A stretch of DNA of 64,000 bases, taken from Octopus sinensis (Eukaryota). The translations under genes were made by a program, and so were the position numbers. Each line of letters opens with the position of its first letter. Position 1 is the first letter of the stretch. The stretch covers positions 24,800,001-24,864,000 of the forward strand of contig NC_043004.1 of NCBI RefSeq assembly GCF_006345805.1, given 5' to 3'. Below are positions 1 to 11,578 of the stretch, piece after piece. The notes beneath the pieces were generated by a model. The model ran no database searches. It worked only from the letters and a program-made list of their open reading frames with translations, and had not been told where the DNA came from.

Positions 1-168
1 CCAACCAGGTGCCATGCAGAGGAATTGAACATGAAACCACATGGTTGCAAATTAAGCTTTTTAAACACAGCCTATAGTTGAAAAAAAATAATATTTTCAC
101 ATCAGAGATAGATAAAACTTTGAGTTGTAAAATTACTATTATTAAAATTTTATGTGTAAATAACGAAT

Positions 169-568
169 GTGGCTGTGTGGTAAGTAGCTTGCATACCAAC
201 CACATGGTTCCGGGTTCAGTCCCACTGCATAGGACCTTGGGCAAGTGTCTTCTACGATAGCCTCGGGCCGACCAAAGCCTTGTGAGTGGATTTGGTAGAT
301 GGAAACTGAAAGAAGCCCATCGTATAAATGTATATATATGTATATGTGTGTGTGTGTGTTTGTATGCTTGTGTGTTTATGTTTGTCCCTCCAACATTGCT
401 TCACAACTGATGCTGATGTGTTTATGTCCCCGTAACTTAGCAATTCGGCAAAAAGAGACGGATAGAATAAGTACTAGGCTTACAAAGAATAAGTCCTGGG
501 GTCAATTTGCTCAACTAAAGGCGGTGCTCCACCATGGCCACAGTCAAATGACTGAAACAAGTAAAGAA
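169..568 (+). mobile_element. tRNA-derived SINE, family A (representative copy)
   Basis: Pol III-like head (tggctgtgtgg ... ggttcagtccc), central (TG)n, 3' end gactgaaacaagtaaa. The same sequence recurs at ~1045, 8770-9075, 30115-30480, 33150-33545, 58620-59215 (+) and 16470-17115, 44640-45020 (-). Confidence 0.8.
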
Positions 569-1576
569 AAAAACAGGTTAAAAAAAGAAAACAGCCGGAA
601 AGCAAAAAGCTCAATCATGTTTTGGTAAGCTTTATCAATGAATTTATCCTTAAACTATGCAGTCATTTTAGAGCATTCATTATTATTTTACACTCCTTTC
701 TCTATACCAAGGAAAGAATAGTACAAGGTCAATAGAAGTGTTAATTCGGCTATGTGATTACTATACTGCCCTAGATATCGGAGTAGTTTTTCCACTATTA
801 TTAGTATTTTGTGATAGCAGTATATCAGCTCTATGTGTATGAGGTTAACTCTAAGGAGTAAATATCAACCTATGTGACAACTTGGCTTTATAAAGAATGT
901 GAAGTTACCTTAGAGGTTATTGGAGATTCCTAGATTAAAATTGACAGAGTCTAGGGAGTGCTGAATGTGTAATATCTGGTAAAGTTGATCAGAGTAACAA
1001 TTAATTAGTCAATGAGTCAACAAGTAAGTTGACATAATATAAGTAACTGTCAGTGTGGTAAGAAGTTTGTTTCCTAACCACCTGTTTCTGGGTTCAATCC
1101 CATTGCATGGCACTCTGGACAAATACTTTCTACTATAGCCCCAAGCCAACTAAAGTCTTGTGAATGGATTTGGTAGATGGAAACTGAAAAGAAATCCACT
1201 GAATTCGAGGTGCCAGACAGTGAGACTGAACCCAAAACTGTGAGGTTGGGAAGCAGATTTCTTACCACACAGCCATACCTGTGACTATAGTAGCAAAAAA
1301 GGAAAAGTGTAACAAAGCATGGCTATCATCATCATCATCATTTAACGTCTGTTTTACATGCTTGCATGGGTTGGATGATTTGACAGAAGCTGGCTAGGCA
1401 GAAGGCTGCACCAGGCTTCACTGTCTGTTTTGCTTACTTCTCAGCCATGTGATATTGAGTTCATTCTCACTTTGTAGCACTTTCAGTAAGTGTCTCTTAC
1501 TATAGTCCTGGGCCAACTAAAGCCTTGTGAGTAGATCTGGTAGATGGAAACTGAAATAAGCTTCTTGTAAATGTGT

Positions 1577-1615
<39 letters not shown>

Positions 1616-1662
1616 ATAAATATTAGGGAATGAATCCAGATACTGATTAGAAGATCGAAAAT

Positions 1663-1706
1663 CCACCTGAAGATTGTCGGTAGCAGACATGAAACAATTG
1701 TTGTGG
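1663..1706 (+). ncRNA. Minimal type I hammerhead-ribozyme-like motif (Penelope-type)
   Basis: ccac-CTGAAGA-ttgtc(ggtagca)gacat-GAAA-caattgt-t-gtgg: stem I ccac/gtgg, stem II tgtc/gaca, palindromic stem III acaattgt, GUU triplet. Confidence 0.5.
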
Positions 1707-1833
1707 CGGTTTATTTAATTTATATTAAAATTTTATGTATTGATTAAGTTTTTTCTTGTTTGGTTTTAAAATAGTGGTTTTGTCTCGAATTATATTATAT
1801 ATATATATATATATATATGCATACATACACACA

Positions 1834-1864
<31 letters not shown>

Positions 1865-2365
1865 TACATTATGTGATCACATCACCAACCAGGCTATCAG
1901 ATGTTGCTACACATTGCTGGTCACAATGCACTTTTTGTATTGGTTTGGCCTTCAAATGATGCCATCCTGCTGGCTAGGTGAGCAGGCTAACATTCCCCAC
2001 TGATCGGAAGGGGGACTGAGGCAAAGCAAAATGAAATGTTTTGCTCAGGGAACACAATGCACTACCCAATCAAAGAATCGAACCCACAATCCAGCAATCA
2101 TGAGTGCAGGCCGGCAACACTTTTTTCTACAAAATAGGGGTAGCTTATCCTGTTCAGGCTATGTTATTAGCATCATCATACATTTGAGAATTTAAAATCA
2201 CTTGTTTAACTTTCTAAGACATCTCAACGCTTCTAAAGCAAACTTCCTTTGTTTACGTTCATCGTAAAAAATTTAACATTAAAAATAACAACTAACAAAA
2301 CAACAAAAGGGTGCACAAATGAAATGTATTAGCTTGATGCTCAGTAAAGTTGGAAAAAACGTGAG

Positions 2366-2400
2366 CTTTTTACGTTTTGGGCATAGCTCTTCATCGGGAA
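2366..2400 (-). ncRNA. Decayed hammerhead-like motif in a Penelope-derived remnant
   Basis: Minus strand ccgatga-a-gagctatgccc-aaaa-cgt-a; both core boxes are mutated. Confidence 0.3.
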
Positions 2401-3237
2401 GAGGAGAACGAAAACGTCCAGAGAAAGAAAAAATGTCCAGGAAAAGCATGCGTGTGTGTGTGTGTGTGTGTCTTTGTGTTATGTTTGTTCTCTGTCATCA
2501 CTTGACAACTGTTTGCATCTTCATAACTTAGCAGTTTGGCAATAGACACCAATATAATAAGTACCAAGCTTAAAACAGTAATAAATGAGATAAATTTATT
2601 TGACTAAACCCTTTATGGCGGTGCCCCAGCATGGCTGCAGTTGAATGAGTGAAATAAATAAAAGATTAAAAAAATGAATGATAAAATGTCTCTAAGAAAC
2701 TGTTATTAAAAAGACCATTGTAAGTGACTATGGGTGCTTGTAAATAGGAGTACAGAGGAGATCATTTACAATTGCAGTAGGTTGGGGTGGGTGTAATGAA
2801 AAGAGAAGCAAAATATAAATGATCATATATTTTGCTACACCCAATGTTAGTGAAACTGAAATGAAGGAAACAATAATGTTTAGTATTTGAATTTCAGAAC
2901 TGAGAAAATTTGAATATGTGAGTGTAATTTAGTCCAGAAGTTCATTGAGGAACAATGAAATTGTTGTTCAAGACATGGAGGCAATGAAATTGAGATCTTG
3001 ATAACTAACTTGCAGAAAATTGTCATGCTCTATTCAGCAAAATTCTTCACAAAATCTTTGGAAACTGGGTACATTTAGATTGTGGCAGTCAAGTAGTGGG
3101 GCTCATATTAACAACTAATTCCACTTACCCTCAAAAATGCTGGCCTTGTCCTGAATCAGAAACTATTATTATTATTATTGCTGCTGTTGTTGTTGTTGTC
3201 GTCGTCGTCGTCGTCGTCGTTGTTGAGGAGGAGGAGG

Positions 3238-3660
3238 AGGTGAGCTGGCAGAATCATTAGCACACTGGACAAACTACTTAGCAGTATTCACCCATTGCTA
3301 AGTTTTGAGTTCAGAATTCCGCAGAGGTCAAATTTACCTTTCATCCTTTCAGGGTTAATAAAATAAGTACCACTGGGATTGACTCATCCTCTCCCCCAAA
3401 ATTGCTGCTCTTGTGGAAAAATTTTAAACCATTATTATTATCATTAAGGTGGCGAGCTGGCAGAATCATTAAAATGTCGGCTGAAATAGTTAAGCAGCAT
3501 TTTGTCCATCCTTACATTCTGAACTCAAATTCTGCCAAGGTCAACTTTACCTTTCATTCTTTCGGGATTGATGAAATAAATACCAGTTATGTACTGCGGC
3601 CGATGTAATTGACTATCCCTCTCCCCAACAATTTTAGGCCTTGTGCTTATAGTACAAAAT

Positions 3661-3662
<2 letters not shown>
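3238..3662 (+). mobile_element. Two tandem copies of SINE family B
   Basis: Each has the head gagctggcagaatc, B-box-like gagttca/aactcaaattc and core ggtcaactttacctttcatcc; separated by an (att)n tail. Confidence 0.7.
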
Positions 3663-3702
<40 letters not shown>

Positions 3703-3705
3703 ATT

Positions 3706-4654
3706 TATTGTCTTTGCACAGCTTCTAATGCTGGAGATGTACTACGGTGCCAGCTGTTCACTACCAGTGAACTAAGATAACAACCCTAATTTTTTGAACA
3801 CCATCCCGTGTATTCTAGCGGTTTCAAGCAGTGCTGTTTTCTACAAGTACTCCACCCTTATTGCAGCCCCTATTTGTTCCATGTAATTCTCAAGATTTTT
3901 ACTCACTCTTCTCAGGGCTCCGACAATTATCGACCACAACTGCTTAACCTCTCGAGCTAACCTGTCATATCTATCGACTTTTCTTTCTTCCTTATTGCAT
4001 ACCTTGTTGTCAGCTGGGCATACTATATCTATGATCCAGCATAGTTTTTTCTTTCTCAATTAACACTATGTCTGGCTTCCTATTCTCTATCTCACGGTCA
4101 CACTGAATCATAAAATCCCATAGGATCTTTGCATTATCATATTCGATGATGCTTGCGGGTTTATGTTTGTACCACTTTTTTGCTCTGTCAAGTCCATACT
4201 TGTTGCAAAGTGTCCAATGGTCAATCCTTGCTATATTGTCATGATGTCTCATATTCTTTCTGGGCTAGTGGCATACATTGACTGGTAATATGCCATATGG
4301 TTTCACCATTTTGTCCACAGATTTTGCACTTATCACTTTCTGATGTGTTGTCTATTTGAAGTAATTGATTCATGATGCTTGCTCTTGGGCAGCACAGATT
4401 AGAGCCTCCATTTCCGGTTTTAAATCACTTTTAGTCATCCATAGCCATCTTTTTTCTCTGTCTGTCTTATCTTCAGCATCCCTATGATATTGTCCATGTA
4501 TTCTTTTCTTTAGCCACTTATTTTCAATTTCATTCATTTTCAATTGTTTGTATAGTGCTTTATCTTTGCAATCTTCCATCCTACACAAGCCTGATCTTCT
4601 TACTTCCAATAATAGTGGTTCTGTGGCATTTTCTACATACCATACTATGTTTAT
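3706..4654 (-). mobile_element. 5'-truncated R4/Dong-clade non-LTR retrotransposon (zinc knuckle + restriction-like endonuclease), frameshifted
   Basis: Peptides YVENATEPLLLEV, RHHDNIARIDHW, ILWDFMIQCDREIENRKPDIVLIE, IIDIVCPAD, KTALLETAR; followed by an (aac)n tail at ~3661-3702. Confidence 0.85.
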
Positions 4655-5595
4655 ATTATTATTCAATAGTCTTATTTTTAGAATGTGCTTTCACTTCACT
4701 ACAAAGCGCATCTCTGTGTGCCTTGGGTATGTGCTGTGGTTTGTTGTGATGCTCTGATGGTTACTGTATTGAAAGTGTTTTGCGTAGGATGTGTGCTGTG
4801 CCCAGTAGTGCAATTTTCTGTATGTTATATATACTTGTAAGTCCTGGTGTTTTTGTTATGTATTTGTCTGAATTTTTTTTTTATCATACCTAATGCGCCC
4901 ACTATGATAGGAATTGTTTCTGTTTTTAGATTCCACTTTCGAGTTACCTCTATTTCCAGGTCTTTGTATTTTGAAAGTTTTTCCATTTCTTTTAGAGAAA
5001 CGTCATCTGCTGGTATAGATATATCAATTAGAAAGCATTTTTTTTTCATGATCTCTGACAACTATATCTGGCCTATTGGCCTTAATTTCTCTATCTGTGT
5101 GTATTGGCATATCCCAGAGTATGGTTGCTTTCTCGTTTTCTGTGACCTTTTCTGGCGTGTGCTTATACCATCTTTTTTCTGTTGTTATTCCATAGTGTTG
5201 GCATAGCTTCCAGTGTATGAAAGTCCCATCTCTGTCGTGTCTGTGAATATATTCCTTCTTAGCCAGGACTGGGCAGCCAGGGACAGAATGATTTATTGTT
5301 TCTTGTCCATCTCCACATATTCGGCAGTTACTTGTTATGTTTCTTTTCATTATATGTTTTTGGTCATTTCTGGTGGGGAGGCTTTGGTCTTGTGCTGCAA
5401 TTAAAAATCCTTCAGTCTCTGCTTTGAGTCCTGAGCTTCTCAGCCATTGCTGGGATTTTCCTCTGTCTATTTTTTTTGCATTTAGTTTAGCCCAGTATTT
5501 GCCTGAAGTGGGTTTTCTTGCTATCGTTTTATCATGGTCCATTGCTGTTCTAGTTTTAGTTTGGATTTCATTTGTTTTATAGCTTTTATTGTTTC

Positions 5596-5597
<2 letters not shown>
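4655..5597 (-). mobile_element. Second, divergent 5'-truncated R4/Dong-clade element, frameshifted
   Basis: KAETEGFLIAAQDQSLPTR, CRICGDGQETINHSVPGCPVLAKKEYIHRHD, ILWDMPIHTDREIKANRPDIVV, KYKDLEIEV, PIIVGALG, KIALLGTAHILRKTLSIQ* (stop 4761-4763), short 3' UTR, then aataataat. Confidence 0.85.
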
Positions 5598-5646
<49 letters not shown>

Positions 5647-5680
5647 CATTATTGTTATTATTATTATTACTATTATTATT

Positions 5681-5721
<41 letters not shown>

Positions 5722-5755
5722 TATTATTATTATTATATTATTATTATTATTATTA
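5597..5755. repeat. Compound (ATT)n/(ATC)n microsatellite
   Basis: Direct reading; abuts the 5' end of the Dong-like element. Confidence 0.95.
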
Positions 5756-6564
5756 AGGTAGCAAACTAGCAGAATTGTTAGCACACCAGACAAATGCTTA
5801 GCAGCATGTCAACCAGCTTTTTTGAGTTCAAATTCTGCTGAGGTTGCCTTTGCTTTTCATCTTTTCAGAGTCGACCTTGCAATAAGTACCAGTTGAGCAC
5901 TGGTTACTCACTCCCCTAAACTTGCTGGCCTTGTGCCAAAATTTGCAACCATTATTATTATTATTATGCAGGTGTCGCTGTGTGATAAGAAGTTTGCTTT
6001 CCAACCACATAATTTCAGGTTCAGTCCTACTGCATATCACTTCAGGTAAGTGTCATGTACTAAAGCCTCAGGCTGACTTATAGATTTGTGAGTGGATTTG
6101 GTATATAAAAAAATTGGATGGCACCTGTGGAAGAGGGAAACCCAAGAAAACAAGGGATAAAGTAGTGAGGACAATGGACTGAAATGTCTGGCAATATGAG
6201 GTTCTTGAGAAGACCTACCCACTTCAGTGAAACTGAATTCTGGAAGTTCTGTGTGTCCACCAATTTGTAACAAGAAAATTTTTTCACACACCCTATCCCA
6301 ATAAATTAAACCACACCTTCTCTTCTCTTCCTCATGTTTCCTCTTTTTTTATGCATTATGCTTATGCTTATCTCTTCCTCCCCACTCCTGCAGCCCAATG
6401 CTGTCTTCACTGCCCTGCCCACTGTATCATTGCTATCCTGTTATCCACTCCCCCATTCTTCCACATCTCTATATATCCAGGTTTCACCAGTCATTGCATT
6501 GCCCTTGCCCCCACCTTCACCTTTTTGCATTCATGTGAACTCCTTACTCCCTACTTATGCACAC

Positions 6565-7360
6565 GGATCTTTTCCCTTTGAATGGCAGATCGAGAAATTA
6601 AGTTTTTGTAACTAAACGCTTTCAAACTTCGGGCACTGATAGAATGTGTCATATAAAACATCTTTTACTCTTAGCATTGTTGAGAAAAGTTTCTATGTAT
6701 GAAGCTATTTCGTGTTAAAGTTGTCATATTTCGATAATTTCAACCAATCAATGTTGTGTATTCAGCTGAATAAAATTACTGCTGTTGTTTGTCAACAACA
6801 ACTATTGGTGGTGTATATTTCGTTTGTCACTGTTATTTATGTCATCGTTTATGTTTTTGTACTGGTTTTAGGGTTAGGGTAAGGTTTTAGAGTTAGGGTT
6901 AGGGTTTTAGACTTAGGGTTAGGGTTTTAGACTTAGGGTTAGGTTTTTAGGGTTGGGGTTAGGATTGGAGTTTTAGGGTTGGGATTTTAGCGTTAGAGTT
7001 ATGGAAAAAAGTGAAAAATGAAGAAATTGGTGGGGAGGGGGCATAAAAGTTTTTCTGAAAATATTAGCTGAAAAAGAGGAAAAAAAACTAAAAGCAGTAG
7101 AAATGCACAGACGATTGTGGTGTTGCCATGAAGTAAACATGCTTCAGATACATTCGTTTATTCATACAAACATAACTGAGATGAAATATGTCATAAATAA
7201 TACTTTTAACATGAAATAACTTTGAAAATGTAAACTTTTCTCAACAACACTAAGAGGAAAAGATGTTTTTAATATAACAATTCTACCAGTGTCCGAAGTT
7301 TAAAAGTATTTAGTTACAAAAAATTAATTTCTTGATCTGCCGTTCAAAGGGTAAAGATCC
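6565..7360. mobile_element. Non-autonomous DNA transposon/MITE, ~175-bp TIRs, 8-bp TSD (Merlin-like)
   Basis: Left ggatcttttccctttgaatggcagatc... matches the reverse complement of right ...gatctgccgttcaaagggtaaagatcc; ATGCACAC at 6557-6564 and 7361-7368. Confidence 0.8.
6865..7000 (+). repeat. Degenerate interstitial TTAGGG array inside the MITE
   Basis: Nine perfect TTAGGG plus variants; 20-bp unit ttagggttagggttttagac occurs twice. Confidence 0.85.
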
Positions 7361-7516
7361 ATGCACACTTGGCAATACTCTACCACCCCATTTATGTTCT
7401 CATTTCCACTCCTTGAGAGTATGCCTTGGCACATCCCCATCATCTCTCTCTCTCACCTTTGTTCTCTCTTGCATTCTCACACTCTCACTCTCTCTCATTC
7501 TTGAACATACACACTT

Positions 7517-7558
<42 letters not shown>

Positions 7559-7868
7559 TCTGACAGGAGTAACCATGTATCTCCTCTACAGCAAGACACC
7601 TGATTCTGTCCCTCTGTCGCACTTTAACCTCTCATCACCTGGCACATGGCCACCTCTTCCAATAGCATCCCGCCTCTCAAAGGATCTTTGTCTTGCAAGT
7701 TACTTGGTGATCCACCAATGTTGGTGCTATATAAAAAAGCACCCAGGCTACAGTGGTTGGTATTAGGAATGGCTCCAGCCACACAAAAAAAGGCCTGGTG
7801 CAAACCTCCTGTCAAACTGTCCACCATATGCCAGATGGAAAACAGATGATGATGATGATGATGATTAA

Positions 7869-7922
<54 letters not shown>

Positions 7923-7938
7923 CACCACCACCACCACC

Positions 7939-7972
<34 letters not shown>

Positions 7973-8621
7973 TCATCATCACTATCATACAAGCTGTGTC
8001 ATTTCATTTCCAATATACTTCAAGAACAAGTTTGGCTATGGGAACAAGTGAGGGTTGGCGACATGAAGGCATCCAACTATAGAAAATCTGTCTTAATAAA
8101 CTCTCTCCAACCTGTGCAACCATGGAAAAGTGGACTTTAAATGATGATGATGTTAGAGGTTATTATAATAAAGTTTATTATTATAATTGTTGTTGTTACT
8201 GTTGTTGGTATTATTATTACTACTGCTACTACTGCTGCTGCTGTTGTTGTTGTTGTTGTGTATGTGAATGCCATTTTGCAGTGAACAATAAAACACTAAC
8301 TAGCTACACCACTCTGGCAAGCCTTCAAACTTTTTTGCATTTTCTTTTTATTAACCAACTTACATTGTATAGTCTGACAGTTGGCAATAACAATGTTATA
8401 GATTTCCTAATTTTTCATCAACATTTATAACATGAAATGTATTATTGATAGTAAAGCAAATACCTACCAGAACCAAAACCAGCAGTGGCACCTGTCTTGT
8501 TTCATCTCACAAGCGGGAAGTCAGCTTGTCTCTGACCATTGAATGAATCAAAATTCATGAAGTTACAAGAGATAGATTTTATTGAAGACTGATGTCAGAA
8601 CAGCAAAACAGCATCAGGAAC

Positions 8622-8680
<59 letters not shown>

Positions 8681-9107
8681 TTGAAATTTACAGGAAAACA
8701 AAAGACAAAGACAGGTGTATAAACAACAAGCAGGTGTATTTGTTTGATGCTCAGAAAGGTGAGGCACAGGTGTAGCAATGTGGTAAAAAGTTTGCTTCCC
8801 AACCACATGGTTCTGCATTCAGTCTCACTGAATGTCACATCAGGCAAGTGTCTTCTTCTATAGCCTCAGGCTGACCAAAGCCCTGTGAGTGGATTTGGTA
8901 GACAGAAACTAAAAGAAGTATGTGTAACTTAGTGGTTTGACAAAAGAGATCAATAGAATAAATACCAAGCTTTATAAAAAAAATACTAAGATCAGTTCAT
9001 TTGACTAAAAGTTCTTCAAAGCGGTGCCCCAGCATGGCTGCAGTCAAATGACTGAAACAAGTAAAAAGATAAAAAAAAAGAAAGATATATATGTATCGTC
9101 ATCATCA

Positions 9108-9640
9108 TCATCATCATCATCATTGTTTAACATCCACTTTCCATGCTGGCATGGGTTGGACGGTTTGACTGAGGACTGGTGAGCCAGAGGCCGCACCAGG
9201 CTCAATCTGGCCTGGTAAAGTTTCTACAGTTGGATGCCCTTCCTAACGCCAACCACTCTGAGAATGTAGTGGGTGCTTTTTACATGCCACCAGCATGAGG
9301 GCCAGTCAGGCGGTTCTGGCAACAACCACACTCACGCTCAAAAGGTATTTTTACATGTTACCTGCATGGGAGCCAGTCCAGCGGCACTGGAAATGACCAC
9401 ACTCGAATGTTGTTTATCACACTGGCAACGATCATGCTCGAATGGTGCTTTCCATGTATCACCGGCACGGGAGCCAATCCATGGCCCTGGCAACGATTAC
9501 GCTCGGATGTGCTTTTAACGTTCCACTGGCACAAGTGCCAGTCAGGCAGTACTGTTATCGGCCACGTCAGTGATTTTGGTTTGTTTACACTTGCCTCAAC
9601 AGGTTTTGTAAGCAAAGTTCATTGTCCAATGAATGTGGGG
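9108..9640 (-). mobile_element. SINE family C with RTE-like 3' end and (GAT)n tail, internally reiterated
   Basis: Reverse complement of ggcgttaggaagggcatcc...gcatggaaagtggatgttaaacaatgatgatg. Other copies at 1325-1430, 31105-31240, 58245-58605 (-) and ~7600-7860, 37945-38222 (+). Confidence 0.7.
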
Positions 9641-10162
9641 TACTCTTAAGAGGACCGGTTACACCCTACGTTTGGATGTGCTTTTAACGTTTTTCTTTAT
9701 AAAGAAGTGCTTCAGCATGACCACAACTCATTTACTGAAACCACTAAAAGAACTAAAATAGCAAAATAAAATATCATTAATCACTGTCTTTACTTTTGGC
9801 ACAAAGCCAGCAATTTGGGGGGAAGAGGATAGCTAATACCATCAAGCCCATTATATAACTGGTACTTTATTTTATCAATTCTGAAAGGATAAAAGTAAAA
9901 TTGATTTCAGTGAAATTTGAATTCAAGACATAGAGAACTGGAAGAATTACCTCAAGGCATTTTGTCTGATACTCTAACAATTCTGCCAATCCACTGTCCT
10001 AGCAATTAAATAATCAATTTTGAAAATATTCTCATCTCATAAAAGAACATTTGTTTCTGTGATGGTTAAAGATTGGTAATGCAACAAATTTTTGGTGAGA
10101 ATTTTTCCCCGCAATAAAAGTAATTATAATATTGGCTACAAATTTTAGCACAAGGCCAATAA

Positions 10163-10328
10163 CAGGGCCAGCCCTAGAGTTTCTGGCACCCCAGGCAAGC
10201 TGAATTTTGGCATGGACAAGCTGACAGTTGTGGAAATTTCTTTGTCTTTGTCATGCCCTCCTTGGTGCCCCCTAGCACATGGCACCCCAGATGACTGCCT
10301 GAGTTGCCAGTACATTGAGCCAGCCCTG
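10163..10328. mobile_element. hAT-like MITE, 166 bp
   Basis: Termini cagggccagc ... gccagccctg; 8-bp TSD gccaataa at 10155-10162 and 10329-10336. Confidence 0.75.
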
Positions 10329-10368
10329 GCCAATAATTTCAGGGAAGTGGGTAACTTAATTGATTACA

Positions 10369-10598
10369 GGTAAGTTCCCCACCATCAGCTCATCACTGGA
10401 GAGTTCAACACCATATATTCACCATGAAGAAAGTTCACTTTTAGGGAAGTTTACCAAGAAAATATATTCATTGTTTCTCTCCATTAATAGTTAAAAACTA
10501 ATTTTATTGAAAAAAAGATGAGAAAAATTGAAGTTGAAAAATTATATCAAAAAATCTGTATGGTGAACTTTCCCTGAATTGATGACAGTGAACTTACC
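10369..10598. mobile_element. Small degenerate TIR element
   Basis: Termini ggtaagttc ... gaacttacc interrupting a SINE B tail; no clear TSD. Confidence 0.35.
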
Positions 10599-10756
10599 AG
10601 ATATGAAATGGATTACATTGACCCCAGTGTTCATCTGGTATTTATTTCATCCACCCCAAAAGAACGAAATACAAAGTCAACCCTGGTGGAATTTGAATAT
10701 AAAACATAAAGGCTGATAAAATACTGCTATGCATTTTGTCTGCTGTGCAAATGATT

Positions 10757-11578
10757 TTTATTTCTTTACTGCCCACAAGGGGCTAAACACAGAGGGGACA
10801 AACAAGGACAGACAAGCGGATTAAGTCGATTATATCGACCCCAGTGCGTAACTGGTACTTAATTTATCGACCCCGAAAGGATGAAAGGCAAAGTCGACCT
10901 CGGCAGAATTTGAACTCAGAATATAGTGACAGATGAAATACTGCTAAGCATATCGACCCCAGTGCGTAACTGGTACTTAATTTATCGACCCCGAAAGGAT
11001 GAAAGGCAAAGTTGACCTCGGCAGAATTTGAACTCAGAATGTAGTGACAGATGAAATACTGCTAAGCATATCGACCCCAGTGCATAACTGGTACTTAATT
11101 TATCGACCCCGAAAGGATGAAAGGCAAAGTCGACCTCGGCAGAATTTGAACTCAGAATATAGTGACAGATGAAATACTGCTAAGCATATCAACCCCAGTG
11201 CGTAACTGGTACTTAATTTATCGACCCCAAAAGGATGAAAGGCAAAGTCGACCTCGGCAGAATTTGAACTCAGAATGTAGTGACAGATGAAATACTGCTA
11301 AGCATATCGACCCCAGTGCATAACTGGTACTTAATTTATCGACCCCGAAAGGATGAAAGGCAAAGTCGACCTCGGCAGAATTTGAACTCAGAATGTAGTG
11401 ACAGATGAAATACTGCTAAGCATATCGACCCCAGTGCGTAACTGGTACTTAATTTATCGACCCCGAAAGGATGAAAGGCAAAGTCGACCTCAGCAGAATT
11501 TGAACTCAGAATGTAGCAACAGATGAAATACTGCAAAGCATTTCGCCCGGCATGCTAATGTTTCTGCCAGCTCGCTGC
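10757..11578 (-). mobile_element. SINE family B with internal tandem amplification
   Basis: Normal 3' end (tttctttactgcccacaagg) and 5' head (ttctgccagctcgc) flank six copies of the central segment. Confidence 0.85.
10834..11541. repeat. Tandem array, 6 x 118 bp
   Basis: Units start at 10834, 10952, 11070, 11188, 11306, 11424; no spacers. Confidence 0.95.

Noticed and set aside
5024-5542. 172-aa ORF as a host zinc-finger gene
   Set aside because: It is the CCHC/RLE region of a frameshifted retrotransposon.
5521-5793. Poly-I/M/Y/H ORFs, and similar YI, CMYV, YLSI, HT ORFs throughout the track
   Set aside because: Translations of di-, tri- and tetranucleotide microsatellites.
6865-7000. True telomere or chromosome-fusion scar
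   Set aside because: Short, degenerate, single orientation, and enclosed by TIRs with a TSD.
10341-10368. Micro-exon with ag/gtaagt donor
   Set aside because: Lies in a SINE tail, and the donor is the terminus of a TIR element.
10834-11541. CRISPR-like array
   Set aside because: Units are contiguous 118-bp copies of a SINE segment with no unique spacers, no cas genes, and a eukaryotic context.
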